Under the pieces are notes generated by a model that did not search any database, was not told where the DNA came from, and was given only the letters and a program-made list of their open reading frames with translations. A DNA stretch of 64,000 nt from Catajapyx aquilonaris (Eukaryota), in assembly GCA_000934665.2 (NCBI GenBank), contig JYFJ02001109.1, forward strand, positions 1-64,000. Reading direction: 5' to 3'. A program made the position numbers and the translations under genes. This document shows positions 25,936 through 37,126 of the stretch, piece by piece. Numbering within the stretch: position 1 is the first letter of the stretch; each line of letters begins with the position of its first letter.

Positions 25936-26759
25936 ACATTTGTTGAAATTCGGTCAAGTTTATCAAAAGTGATGGGGGGAAAATGTAACTAGTGTTTGGA
26001 ATCAGTGTTGCCAATACAAACCAGCGCGGTGTGTTCGAAACCCGGTATGCAAATGTTGATTTTGCTAAAGATCTGGGTGACGTGGATTTTGTTTCGGTGA
26101 AGAGATGTCTGAAGATTGAAGATGGCTCCAAAGAGATGGGAAAATGGAAATGTGCGCGGGGGGGATGTAGCAGCTTCTTGAGACCATTTCAAGTATCAGG
26201 GATTCCGCTTTGCAATTAGGCACAAAAGGGGGACGGAAACCTCAACTTTGGCGATGGCAAAGAGAGTTATACAACACTTCCTAGCTAAGTGCAGCAGTCT
26301 GTATCGTATTCAACTGGTGTGATTCTAGCGCCAACAATGGTGGGCGTTTATAGTCTGACATAGGTCTTTGGCACCCTTGTTTGTCCAGAGTAGCTTAATA
26401 TAATAATGGTACCGTCTACATCTGTCCACTTTTATCTCATTTAATAATATTAATTGGTTAATGTAGAAATATGTATGGCCAGTCTGATCTACACTATTTT
26501 TGGGAAGTTATGATCACCGTACAAATTATGTGTATTTTAAGTATGTGGCATTTATTTGTATACATTGTTAATCCGGATACAAATACGACTAGTAGCTATA
26601 GTTGAAACAAAATTGGGTCAGAAAATACACATGAATAATGTTAGTGTAAATACAATGAAAGCTAATTGCGATATTTTAAGCAGAACATTGTACAAGCCTA
26701 TTTACATCTATTAGGCTAGAGGTAATGATTTTTAAAGTGTTCTGTAATTATGATTGTGT

Positions 26760-27110
26760 ATATTTAAAATTAAAATATGAAATTATTTTAAATTAAAATG
26801 CGAAATTATTTTAAATTAAAATACGAAATTATTTTAAAATGTACATTGAAACAAATATATTAATGTGTATTAAATTATTTTAAAATGTATATCAAAATTA
26901 ACTAATTAAAATATAGGAAAATGTATAAAAATTAGATTAAAATAAAAATATAGAAAAATGCATAAAAATTAGATTAAAATTAAAACATAGGAAAATGTAT
27001 AAAAATTAGATTAAAATAAAAATATAGGAAAATGTATAAAAATTAGATTAAAATAAAAATATATGAAAATGTATAAAAATTAGATTAAAATAAAAATTTA
27101 AAATATTCGA
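26760..27110. repeat. AT-rich tandem repeats (~23-bp and ~37-bp units)
   Basis: AAATTATTTTAAATTAAAAT and TATAGGAAAATGTATAAAAATTAGATTAAAATAAAA periods. Confidence 0.85.
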
Positions 27111-28774
27111 AATTTTTAAACGTCATTAAGAGTGTAATAAATTCTCAAAAAATGCAATAATGGCGAATACATTTACATACTACAACGAACCATTCAATAA
27201 TAGTCCTAGATATTTTTGCACACTATATTTTCTTATTTATTAATAATAGTTACAGTGCCCGTTTTTAAAAAGTTAAAATATTAGTTATGGTTTCAAGTTT
27301 CATGGAACTATCATGTTGCATATCATTCAACAGAATGGCCTTTTAATTGTGAGTGCCACTGTTCATTGTTACCACATTTGTACAAATCAAGGCTTCGAAT
27401 AAATTCTGATGTATCCATTTTGGAAAATATCGTGTTTCTCCATCAGAAAAGTCATGGCTGAGATGATGTAAGACGCCATTTCCTTAATGATGTTTATGCA
27501 GTATTTTGTTCCACAACCGAAGGGAACGGGGGGGGGGGGGATATTAATATGCTGTATTTGTTGCCACCGAAGCGTCAAATGATTCCGCCATACCGAACTT
27601 CCCGGAAGGAATAATAAGTACATCCGACAGACGAGAAGGCGAAACAACACATGTTGAGTCTCTCACGACGATCGAAAGTATCGGTTAAATTAAGCAGTTC
27701 AAAACCAAGCATGGTTGACGATACACAATAGATATCACTAAGAAAACTACTAGTAGTTCTTGTAGAGAAAATTTTCTGTTTGTTTTTCATCTGAACTTTT
27801 CTATAGAAGTTCTTTATGTGTGGTGGTCGATCGGAAACGACGGACATTCCTTTTGCCCTCTAGTTTTTTCGGTGTCAACTTCCGCAAACTGAAGTCCTGG
27901 CTTCACGTCATGTCGAGTCGGGAGGCGAAAAACTTTAGGTCGTTTTGTCGTTCCAGCTTCTTCGGCTCTGATGGAGAGGAGAATGTCAGGAAATTTCCGC
28001 AGATTCTCTCCCCCCCCCCTCCCCNNNNNNCCTCCCCCCCCCCTTCAGTCGGTGGCCATTCGGTCACCACTGTCTTATTCTGGCGGACAGAATTTCAGGA
28101 GACAACTCTGAACAACAAAATCAGGACGAGGGATACGTCACTCACTGAGGTTGACCAGTGTTATTAGACCGCGGACAAAGTTTTGGAGGAAATATTGGGG
28201 TAGGACATTGACATTTTCTAGTTGTTCAGGCCTACAGTGGGCCTCACGTTGGGCGCCAGTATAGCATCACTGATCACCATCACACCTCACGCTGGGTGCC
28301 ATTATGTAACACGATATTTGTCCATGGAAATCCTTAGGTCACTTGTAACTCATAACAATTCATTTTGTCTGAAAATATTGTTTTTGACATTGGAGCAGTC
28401 AAAAAACCAAAAAACTCAAAATATTGGGGTCATTCCGAATCAAGTGGGCAGAAATGTTGCTAGATCATGTCGGATTTTTTTTGGACAAAATCATAGCTGT
28501 ACACACATATGCCATAACGCAGCATGACAAGTTTGGGCCATATTGCGCAACACCGTGGGGGATTGGAAAAAGTTTTAAAAAAGTGCTGAAAATGAGGCCT
28601 TTTTCACTTTTTTTCGGTTAGTAAAAGTGGTCAGAACCTAATAAACACATAAAATGAAATAAAACACGAGGGAAATGGGTCTATGGAATAGGTTTTTCTC
28701 TAAAATGTAGTCAGAAAAACGTGTGTGGCATTCCATAGGTCACATGCGGTCACATGTCCAATATTTTATCTAAT

Positions 28775-28978
28775 ACCGAATCAGTTTGGAGTAGGGGATA
28801 TGGTGTCCGACTGCTAATCGGGAGGTCCTGGGATCGAATCCCGGGGCCGGAAACTCTGACCGTGGTTTTCTGTGGTTTCCCACGGTCCTTCCAGGGAAAT
28901 TCCGGAGTTGCTTCCGTAATTAATAGGCCACAGCCGCTTCCTTCCGTCCCTGTCCTATCCCAAAGAGCACAGTATATG
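28775..28978 (+). mobile_element. tRNA-derived SINE, family B (3' truncated)
   Basis: Highly similar to 9094-9298 over head and body. Confidence 0.88.
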
Positions 28979-29161
28979 TCTGAAACATGACATGCAGCGT
29001 TATGGCATGCGTGAGTGTAGCTTGTCACCAATATCCGAGATGATCTAGCAACATTTCGGCCCACTTGATTCGTAATGACCCCTATATTTTGAGTATTTTG
29101 GATTTTTGACTTTCCAAAGGTCAAAAACACATTTCAGACAAAATGAATGATTATGACTTAA

Positions 29162-29617
29162 AGGGACACTCCACTCAAAAAACCAAGTTGGGTTCTAAAA
29201 ATCGGGCAAAAAATCCTGATTCCGAGGGTATAAGCAGTTTTTCTTAGAGACGAACGGTAAGGCCAGTGTGAAAGCTGGAAGTGTGTCGTTCGAAAACCGC
29301 GCGCGGGGCTGTGGGCGCAGGTGGCGACGCCTGGCGACCGCCACCAGAGTGGAACCGGGCGGAACTGGAGCAGGCACTCCTGGCACGGCAGGTGTTTACT
29401 GTGAGCTGTGACTGCTCCATTTCCCATTCCTGCCGACAGGCGGCGAGGGTGTCGTGAACAGTAGCATACGGTTGCAACCGTATCGCCAAAATACGCATAA
29501 TGATCCGGTTCCCCTGGGGTCATCGTTCATCGGAAAAAATAATTATTGGTGTCGCTGGAATCGTATTTTTTTGCCCGATTTTTGGGGGCCAACTTGTATT
29601 TAGAGTGGAGTGTCCCT
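29162..29617. mobile_element. Kolobok-type MITE (456 bp)
   Basis: TTAA|AGGGACACTCCACTC .. GAGTGGAGTGTCCCT|TTAA. A TTAA TSD with a purine (AGG) terminus indicates Kolobok rather than piggyBac (CC start). Imperfect TIR extends ~60 bp. Confidence 0.85.
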
Positions 29618-30559
29618 TTAAGAGTAACCTAAGGAATACGAAATTAGAGATGAATTTCCATGGACAAATATCGTGTTGCATAGTGTCACCATCACACCTC
29701 ACCCTGGTGGTACTGAGCCTCACACTGGACGCCAGTTTGTAGAAACACTGATCACCATCACACCTCACGTTGGGCGCCACTTTCGAACCACCTCACTGAC
29801 CTTCACCGTTGATCTAGTCTCAAGTCACTCAGTCTATGTTGCATGTCTTTCTATTTGTGCTCTACGAGTCTGTCTCCTCTTTTTTTCACCATAGATTGGA
29901 GAAAGTTTTTGTAAGCTGAAAGCCGTGTCCAGGGAGGAGGAAGATACATTGATGGAAAGACCATGTTACTCCGGGGAGAATTCGGAAACTCCTCCAGTCT
30001 GCCAAGTTGGTTCGGCAGAAAGGCAGAGAGATAGCACAAAAAACTATAGTAGAGACTAGAAAAAAATAGAATCTGATATCTAGAATTCCATCTGTAAACT
30101 TTTTGCTGAAGATTGAAATCGTATTGTTCGAGTTTGATCATAGGAAAAACTAATTTCTATGGTTAGATATGCGATTATAGAACGTTCTTTTGTAAGAAGA
30201 TTGCTATTTTTTTCGGATCCAATTAGTCTATGTAGTATGTACGCCTATAAATATTTACAATGCTACAGTGCTGGGGGAATCATTTTGGTGCGCTCTGAAA
30301 GCCTCTTTGTTATTCGAGGCCTCTGTTTGCACTTTGCTAGCCCCGGAAATCTGACGGAATCCAACGGGTTTCCACGTCCGCGCATTTTGACCTAGTCCGT
30401 GAGATTTGCCAGGCAGTTATTCCCATCAATATACACGTCCCTAGAAACACGTGTCTCATACACGCACGCTCTCACGCACTTCTCTTAATCCCACACATTT
30501 GCCTCAGACACACTCGGATCTATGCACTATTTTTAGTTACAGTATTAGACAATACGAGA

Positions 30560-31505
30560 ATTTGTCAGGAAAACCCAAAAATGGACCAGCGTTCAGGCGA
30601 CCCTTAGGATATCCATAGGATGTCCGTAAGACGCCCGTAGATCATCACCAATCTGGCTATATATTCCATGTTTGTCTCGAAATGTCGAGAAGTCTTTTAT
30701 AAATGGCCTAGCATTTAGGACATCCGTAGGATATCCATAGGATGTCTGTAAGATGCCAGTAGGTCCATCACCACCCTGATGATATGTACGGTTTCTCTTG
30801 AAATATCGGGAAAACTCAAAATGGCGGGCAGCGTTTAGGGTACCCTTAGGATGTCCACAGGACGTCCGTAAGATCCCTGTAGGATGTCACCATGACTATT
30901 CACTGTTTCTATATTTAACCAACTGTAGTAATTATTTCTTTTTAGTTCATTAATTAGTATTAGACAATATGAAAACGTGAAATGTCGGAAAAACTCAAAA
31001 AAATTGCGCCCAGCGTTCAGAGCATCCTTAGGATATTCAGGATGTCCGTAAGATACCAGTAGGACCATCACCGCCCCTGATTATATTCACTGTTTCTCTT
31101 AATGTGGAGGGAACTCAAAAATGGCGCCAACGCGCATGGTACCTTAGGATGTCCGTAAGATATCCATAAGACGTCCGTAGGACCATCACTATGGCTAATC
31201 ACTGTCTCTCTATTTATCCAACTGTAGTAATTATTTATTTTTAGTTCAATTAGACAATAATATGAGATTGCGAAATGTCGGAAAAACTCAAAAATCGAAG
31301 TGGACCTTTTGGATAGCCATAGAATGTCCGTAAGATGTTCGTAGATTATAACCACCTTGACTATATTCACTATGTCGGTAAAACTTCTTTTAAATGGCGC
31401 CCGGCGTTCAGGACATTCCTAGGATGTCCGTGGGATGCCCATAGGACGCCACTATGACTATTCACTGTTTCTCTATATATTTATCCAACTGTAGTAATTT
31501 ATTCC
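30560..31505. repeat. Degenerate TTAGGATRTCC/GGATGTCCGTAAG tandem array
   Basis: Recurring AAAATGGCG..CCTTAGGATATCCATAGGATGTCCGTAAG..CATCACC units. Confidence 0.75.
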
Positions 31506-32019
31506 CGATACGTACCTCATTTCCATCTCATCCATGTAGGGCACTGACTATAGGTAAACACCACAAACTTTTCCTCCGCGCAAAAGTTGAGTCCTCGCCA
31601 TTTTCCCTTGAGAGACCCCCCCCCCTCCCATGCCCTCCCTATCCAGTCCCCTCTTGTTTTTTTTGTCCCCTCTCTACCAGGGTATAGGACTAGGGGGGGC
31701 CCTGTCGTATCAAATTTCTTCCAGTGGCGAGCATTCGAAGAACGCGGCTGACACCCAAAACATTTGGTATTCGCGGGTCGTCCTTAGACCAGATTCACCC
31801 GCTGATAATTGACGGCATAAAAATTCATCCTCGTTTTATTGGGAAACCTGCTTAGAATAAAAGGCTAGAACGAGTTTTTTAGCGAGGAGCTGGGCTGTAA
31901 TGAAAGGCCTGGAAGGAGATTTGTCAGCCTTGCAGACGACCGGGTTTTGTTCCGACGCCTACACTCCAAAGGAAGAAGGACGCAAAGGGACCGGCCTCGC
32001 CCAGTCTGTCACACTCACC

Positions 32020-32345
32020 GGGTGGCCTTATCCAGCCGTCACAGTCACCACTCACCAGATACCCTTACCCAGCCGGCACAGTCACCACGTAACCTCGCCC
32101 ATCCGTCACAGTCACCAGGTATCCCCACCCAGCAGGCACAGTCACTATGTAGCCCAGCCCAGCCGGCACAGTCACTAGATAGCCTCGCCCATCCGTCACA
32201 GTCACCAGGTGGCCTCACCCAGCCGGCACAGTCACTAGGTAGCCTCACCCATCCGGCACAGTCACCAGGTGGCCTCACCCAGCCGGCACAGTCACTAGGT
32301 AGCCTCACCCAACCGGCACAGTCACCAGGTAGTCTCACCCAGGCT
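32020..32345. repeat. 30-bp minisatellite CAGTCACYAGGTAGCCTCACCCAGCCGGCA, followed by diverged ~150-bp units to ~32780
   Basis: About 10 tandem 30-bp units. Confidence 0.9.
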
Positions 32346-33305
32346 CTCACCGCCACTCTCACAATGAGTTGACACTGGTCTGACCGTCACTGGAACATAT
32401 AAAAATCATTCAGAGCGACGAACCGTGCCTGGCAGGGCCACAAGACAGCACTGATGATGTAAGGACGCAAAGGAACAACTAGCCTCAGTCAGGCTGTAAG
32501 TCACCAATTGGTCTCGCAGTCACCTGACCCTGGTCTCACAGCCATCGAAACATAAAAATCATCCAGGGCGAGGGATCATGCCTGGCAGGGCCACAAAGGA
32601 AAGTGCTGGGGCGGTAAGGGCGCAAAGAGACAACTAGCCTCACCCAGCCCGTCACATATCATCTCAGTCAGCTGACCCTAGTCTCGCCGTCATGTGCCTC
32701 TAAAAATCACGCATGGCGACGAACCTTGCCTGGCAGAGCCGCAACAAATGGCAATACTGGTTCGGTAAGGAAAATCCATACAGCAATGTACACCTGAGGG
32801 TACAGCCCGTACAGGGTTCCACTTTAAGGTTATAAGCCATCAGACACGACAAAGGCAGGCTCCTACCCCAGCTTTCTGAGGCTGTACAAGCCACCTAATC
32901 CCACACGACAAATGAGCTTCTAAATAGGATAACTGAATTGCGTTCTCAGCCTAATTCCAGATTCGTGCTTCTCTTGCCGTCCCTAGCAACCTACCCTACC
33001 AACCACTGATGAAACCGTGTTTTTTTATCATATACCTACTTAATATTTCGGAGACTGTAGAGGAGCCGGTAGCAAATTGTAACACCTCGAATCACGGTGT
33101 GGAGGATCTCATTCAGCAAGTCATGTTTGTTAAGGATTATGTAAATGGCAAAAGACGGCACTGACAGTTTTGACAAACGTGAGCTGAAACCCTGATGTCC
33201 TCCTTGGGATTTTTTTTTTGGACCTGAATAGTAAAAACCAAGTTTAGCAAAAATCTGACTCTGGTATCGATCCTATCCTATAGATATAGTCTATTCGTAT
33301 ATACT

Positions 33306-33960
33306 CCAGGGGTTACCCACTCTCCTAAAGATACGCACCATGATTACCCTAGATTACCCTGTGATTACACGCGATATCCTTGTGATTACACAAGGTTACT
33401 TTATGATTACACAAGATTACCTTGTGAATACACAATATTATGATGTGATTACTTATTATTACCATCATTACCTTGTGAATACACAATATTATGATATGAT
33501 TACTTATTATTACCCTCATTACCTTGTGATTACACAAGATTACCTGGTGAATACAGAATATTATGATATGATTCCTTATTATTACCCTCATTACCTTGTG
33601 ATTACCCATTATTACATTATGATTATCAAGATTACCTTGTGATTACACAAGATTCCTTCATGATTACATGTAATTACCTTACGATTATTGTGATTACATG
33701 TAATTACCTTACGATAATCAAGATTACCTTGTGATTACATGTGATTACTGTGATTACATGAGATTATTTTGTGATTGCACAATTACCTTATGATCATCCA
33801 CATTATTGCCCAGATTACCTTATGATTATCTTCAGATGTGCTATGATTATATACTTATGCTTATCATGATTACTGATTATCTTGAGTACCTATGATTACT
33901 ACTTGATCACCAATATTACCGTACGAAGTGTACACCAAAATAAACCAGAGTGTACACATG
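33306..33960. mobile_element. P-superfamily-like MITE, GATTAC cargo (right end degraded)
   Basis: CCAGGGGTTACCCACTCT left end, GATTAC array, and subterminal CGAAGTGTACACC as in the 23403 copy. Confidence 0.7.
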
Positions 33961-33997
33961 CTTCTTGGAAGGTGTTGGCCCCCATACTGGCTACAGG

Positions 33998-34488
33998 TAA
34001 GGGTAGTCCGTATACACCTTCGCAGGTAGTCCGGAAGTAGTCCAAGGGTAGTGCAGCAGGGTATAATCCGGAGTAGTCCGAGATAGTCCAAGGGTAGGCA
34101 GGGGTAATCCTACCAATGGGTTATTCACTTACTTATATTGCGTACGCGGACTATCCGGACTACCCTCGGACTACCCTTATAGTGAATAACCCCTATCCGG
34201 GGGCAGTCCAAAATATCGTAGTACAGCCGTACAGGGGTACCGGTAGTGCAAGGGTATAGTCCGCCGGGTGTAGTCTTGGGTAGTGCAAAGGTAGTACGGA
34301 AGTAGACCAGGGGGGTAGACGTAGACCGAGAGGTAGTTCAAATAAGGTAGTACAGAGGTAGTGCAGGGGGTAGTCCTGTTGCAGTCCGGGGTAGTGCAAG
34401 GGTAGTACGGGAGTAGATCGGGGGGTAGTCCGACGGTAGTCCAGGGTAGTCCGTGTACACACTAAAAATGTAAGTGAATAACCCCTTC
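33998..34488. mobile_element. GGTAGTCC-cargo MITE with a nested ~80-bp minimal copy (34114-34194)
   Basis: TAAGGGTAGTCCGTATACACCTTCG start and AAAATGTAAGTGAATAACCCCTT end. Internal GGGTTATTCACT..AGTGAATAACCCCT mini-element. Confidence 0.7.
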
Positions 34489-35113
34489 CCTCGCGGCATA
34501 CCCTTGTTTATTGTCTTTATTCATGACGCGCACATGATTAAAACGTGACTCGCAACATGTTCCGGAATCGAACCCTGAGGCGGTTGACTGAACCCCTAAG
34601 CCTCATGAAACATTAATCAGGAATTGGGCCTGCTTCCTGATGAGAAACAATGCAAGTTCCTCTCACCAGTTTTTTTTTTNAATTGTTAGAGACTGAGTAA
34701 GTCCCTGTTGCTAATCCATGTCCTTCATTAACCGCGACGTCCTCTTAGATGAAGTAGTAATCATGAGGTTGTCGTTCCTTGGCTTTGATCTTGGGGAGAC
34801 CGGAGCAATCTTGGCACAGGGCGATTGGGGACATGGGTCTGGATAGGGGGAGGGGGGAAGGAGGAGGAAATGAAAGGGAGGGTGTGAAGGAGAAGGAAAA
34901 ATTGGGAGCGTGGGATGGCAGCAAATATAGGGATGAGACTTGTGGCTGTGAGGGAGGACACCCCGGGCTCTTGGATTGCGAGTATCTATGGCGAAAACTG
35001 GTAACACTTTAGGATGCCCCAGGATATCCATAACATGTCCCCAGGATGTTTTGAGGATACCCTTATGATTCCCGTAGGTTATTATCAAGATGACCTCAGT
35101 AGGTACCCTCAGT

Positions 35114-35221
35114 CGAGGGGGTTACTTCGTGGAACCGGCTTGGAACAGGCTTGGACCCAGGTGGAACCACACGGTTCCAGGAACTGGTGTACATTTTTTG
35201 GAGGGAGTGGTTACCCGCTTG
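35114..35221. mobile_element. P-superfamily-like mini-MITE (108 bp), GGAACC cargo
   Basis: CGAGGGGGTTAC .. GTTACCCGCTTG with a perfect 8-bp TSD CCCTCAGT (35106-35113, 35222-35229). Confidence 0.8.
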
Positions 35222-35794
35222 CCCTCAGTATATTCCCTCATATGGTATTAGGATGTCATCAGGGCACTCTGAGGATGCCCGTAGGATACCCATATAGGAT
35301 GGCCCCAGGATGCCCTCAGGATGACAACAGGATGCCCGTATGATACTCTCAGGATATCCTCAAAATACTCTCAGGGAACCTCTAGGTCTAGGATGTCCTT
35401 AGGCTGCCCTAAAGATATTTTTATAATACGCTCAGAGCACCATTAGGATAGCTGTAGGCAGCCCGTGAGATGCCCCCAGGATGCCCCCAGGATATCCTTA
35501 GAATACGCCCATGGCACCCTCACATGCTGATGCAGGGCATACTTAGGATGTCCTCGGTACCCGCAGGGTAGTGCCCTCAGGATATCGTCAAAATACGCCC
35601 ATGGCACCCTCACATGCTGATGCAGGGCATACTTAGGATGTCCTCGGTACCCGCAGGGTAGTGCCCTCAGGATATCGTCAAAATACGCTCAGGGCACACT
35701 CCAGATGTCCTTGTTATGCCCGTAGGATATCCTCCAACTGACCTCAAGATATCCGCAAAATACGCTCATGGAACCATCATGATGACTGTAGGCT

Positions 35795-36441
35795 GTTTTT
35801 GTTGTTGTTGTACCCCATGCTAGGGCCCTAGGCCCTCTTAGGGGAGTGGTATACCACAATCAGATGCGGTGCAGGCTGCAGGGGACAGGATAGGGATAAT
35901 GAGGTGGGGACACTGGTACAAGTGTAATGTCTCATGGTGGGGGTCGTGTGCAGTCGCTCAAGGGGCCCGTTCGCCAAGATGACCGCCTAGATGCCGGTCA
36001 GTTACATCCCCCCGATGGTATCTCCACCTTATCGTGGTGGTGGGGTTTGCGTTTCTCCCGTGACCCCAAGAGCTATGCCGGCGGTAGCTTCGTCTACTGG
36101 TAGGGCCACCCAAGCCGGACAGGTCTTTGGGATAGGAGACAGACTAAGAGAGATGCCAGTCTTTCCTCTCTTCTTTTTCCTNGGGGACAGACATACCTCT
36201 AGGTGCGGGTCAGCCCCCCCCCCCCCCCACCGACACCGCACCTCCTCCTGGACGGGACAGGGATAGGAAAGGAAGGAAGCGGCTGTGGCCTATTATTTAG
36301 GAAGCAATCCCTGAATTCTCCTGGTGGGACCGTGGGAAACCACAGAAAACCACGGTTAGGATTGCTGACCCCGGGACTCGAACCCAGGACCTCCCGATTA
36401 GCCGTCGAACACCTTTATCTCTTCCACCAAACTCCATCGGT
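35795..36441 (-). mobile_element. Composite family-B SINE (647 bp) with ~380 bp of extra internal sequence
   Basis: Minus-strand tRNA head (B box GGTTCGAGTCC) and family-B body at 36441-36250, 3' hairpin and (CAA)n tail at 35860-35795. 16-bp TSD ATGATGACYGYAGGCT (35779-35794, 36442-36457). Confidence 0.85.
36017..36157 (+). other. Structured RNA module resembling the conserved 5' UTR of RTE/BovB-clade LINEs
   Basis: CCTTATCGTGG..GGGGTTTGCGT..GAGCTATGCCG..TAGGGCCACCCAAGCCGGACAGGTC..CAGACTAA matches the RTE 5' motif as I recall it. Multiple nested complementary segments are visible. Confidence 0.65.
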
Positions 36442-37126
36442 ATGATGACCGCAGGCTATCCTCAGTAGTCAGGGCATCCTCAGCATACTGTCAGGGCATC
36501 CTCAGCATACTCTCAGGGCATCCTCAGCATACTGTCAGGGCATCCTCAGGATGTCCGTATGGTGTCACCTGAATGTCCACCCTTCAGGACACCACCTAAC
36601 CTTCTTCCGAGAATAGTGCGCGTCTCCACAATGAAAACCATTGAAGAAGCGATGAACCAGCAATGCACCCTCGTGTTTTCTGAAGCAGTTTTGGCGAAAC
36701 TTTCGCTTCGCCGTACCCACGAGTTGTACTTCCCCCTTGTTCGGCATTGTGTTTTGATATTCAGGTGTGCCCAGGCCCCTTCCCCACCCTAACCCCCTCT
36801 AAAAGTTTTCGGTGACGACAAACTTGGGGGCATGGGGGGCGGGGGAGGTACGTTGGGCGAACGAGGCCTAACTGAGCATGCCGCGTTGACTTGGTAATTC
36901 TCACCTGCAAATGAAGCTGCATATGCTGATGAATGTTTTCGGAGCATTATTATGCGTAAACTTGTCAGATGTTGTTTTGGCGGCGGGACGGCCGAAGCGG
37001 TGAGGTCATTATGCAGACTACGAGGGTTCATATGGTCCGCTGGACAGTATAGGGACAATAGTCTTCGTGGTATGGGTATGAGCAATGTGACGGGAATTCT
37101 GAAGCCACAACACTGGCGTTTCGGAC

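Larger units (their letters stand above)
28300..29690. mobile_element. Large inverted-repeat element (arms ~28300-28530 and ~28990-29690) with nested SINE and Kolobok MITE
   Basis: ACACGATATTTGTCCATGGAAAT..TTCATTTTGTCTGAAA..GGGGTCATT.CGAATCAAGTGGGC.GAAATGTTGCTAGATCAT is mirrored in the right arm once the 29162-29617 insert is removed. Confidence 0.75.
35005..36560. repeat. AGGATG/CCTCAGG satellite-like tract with a perfect 90-bp tandem duplication (35502-35688)
   Basis: Repeated GGATGCCC/CCTCAGG words, 22-bp CAGGGCATCCTCAGCATACT units at 36470-36550. Hosts a MITE and a SINE. Confidence 0.7.

Noticed and set aside
27387..27940. Possible degraded transposase or gene fragment
   Set aside because: No recognisable motif in the frames I read; would need BLASTX to revive.
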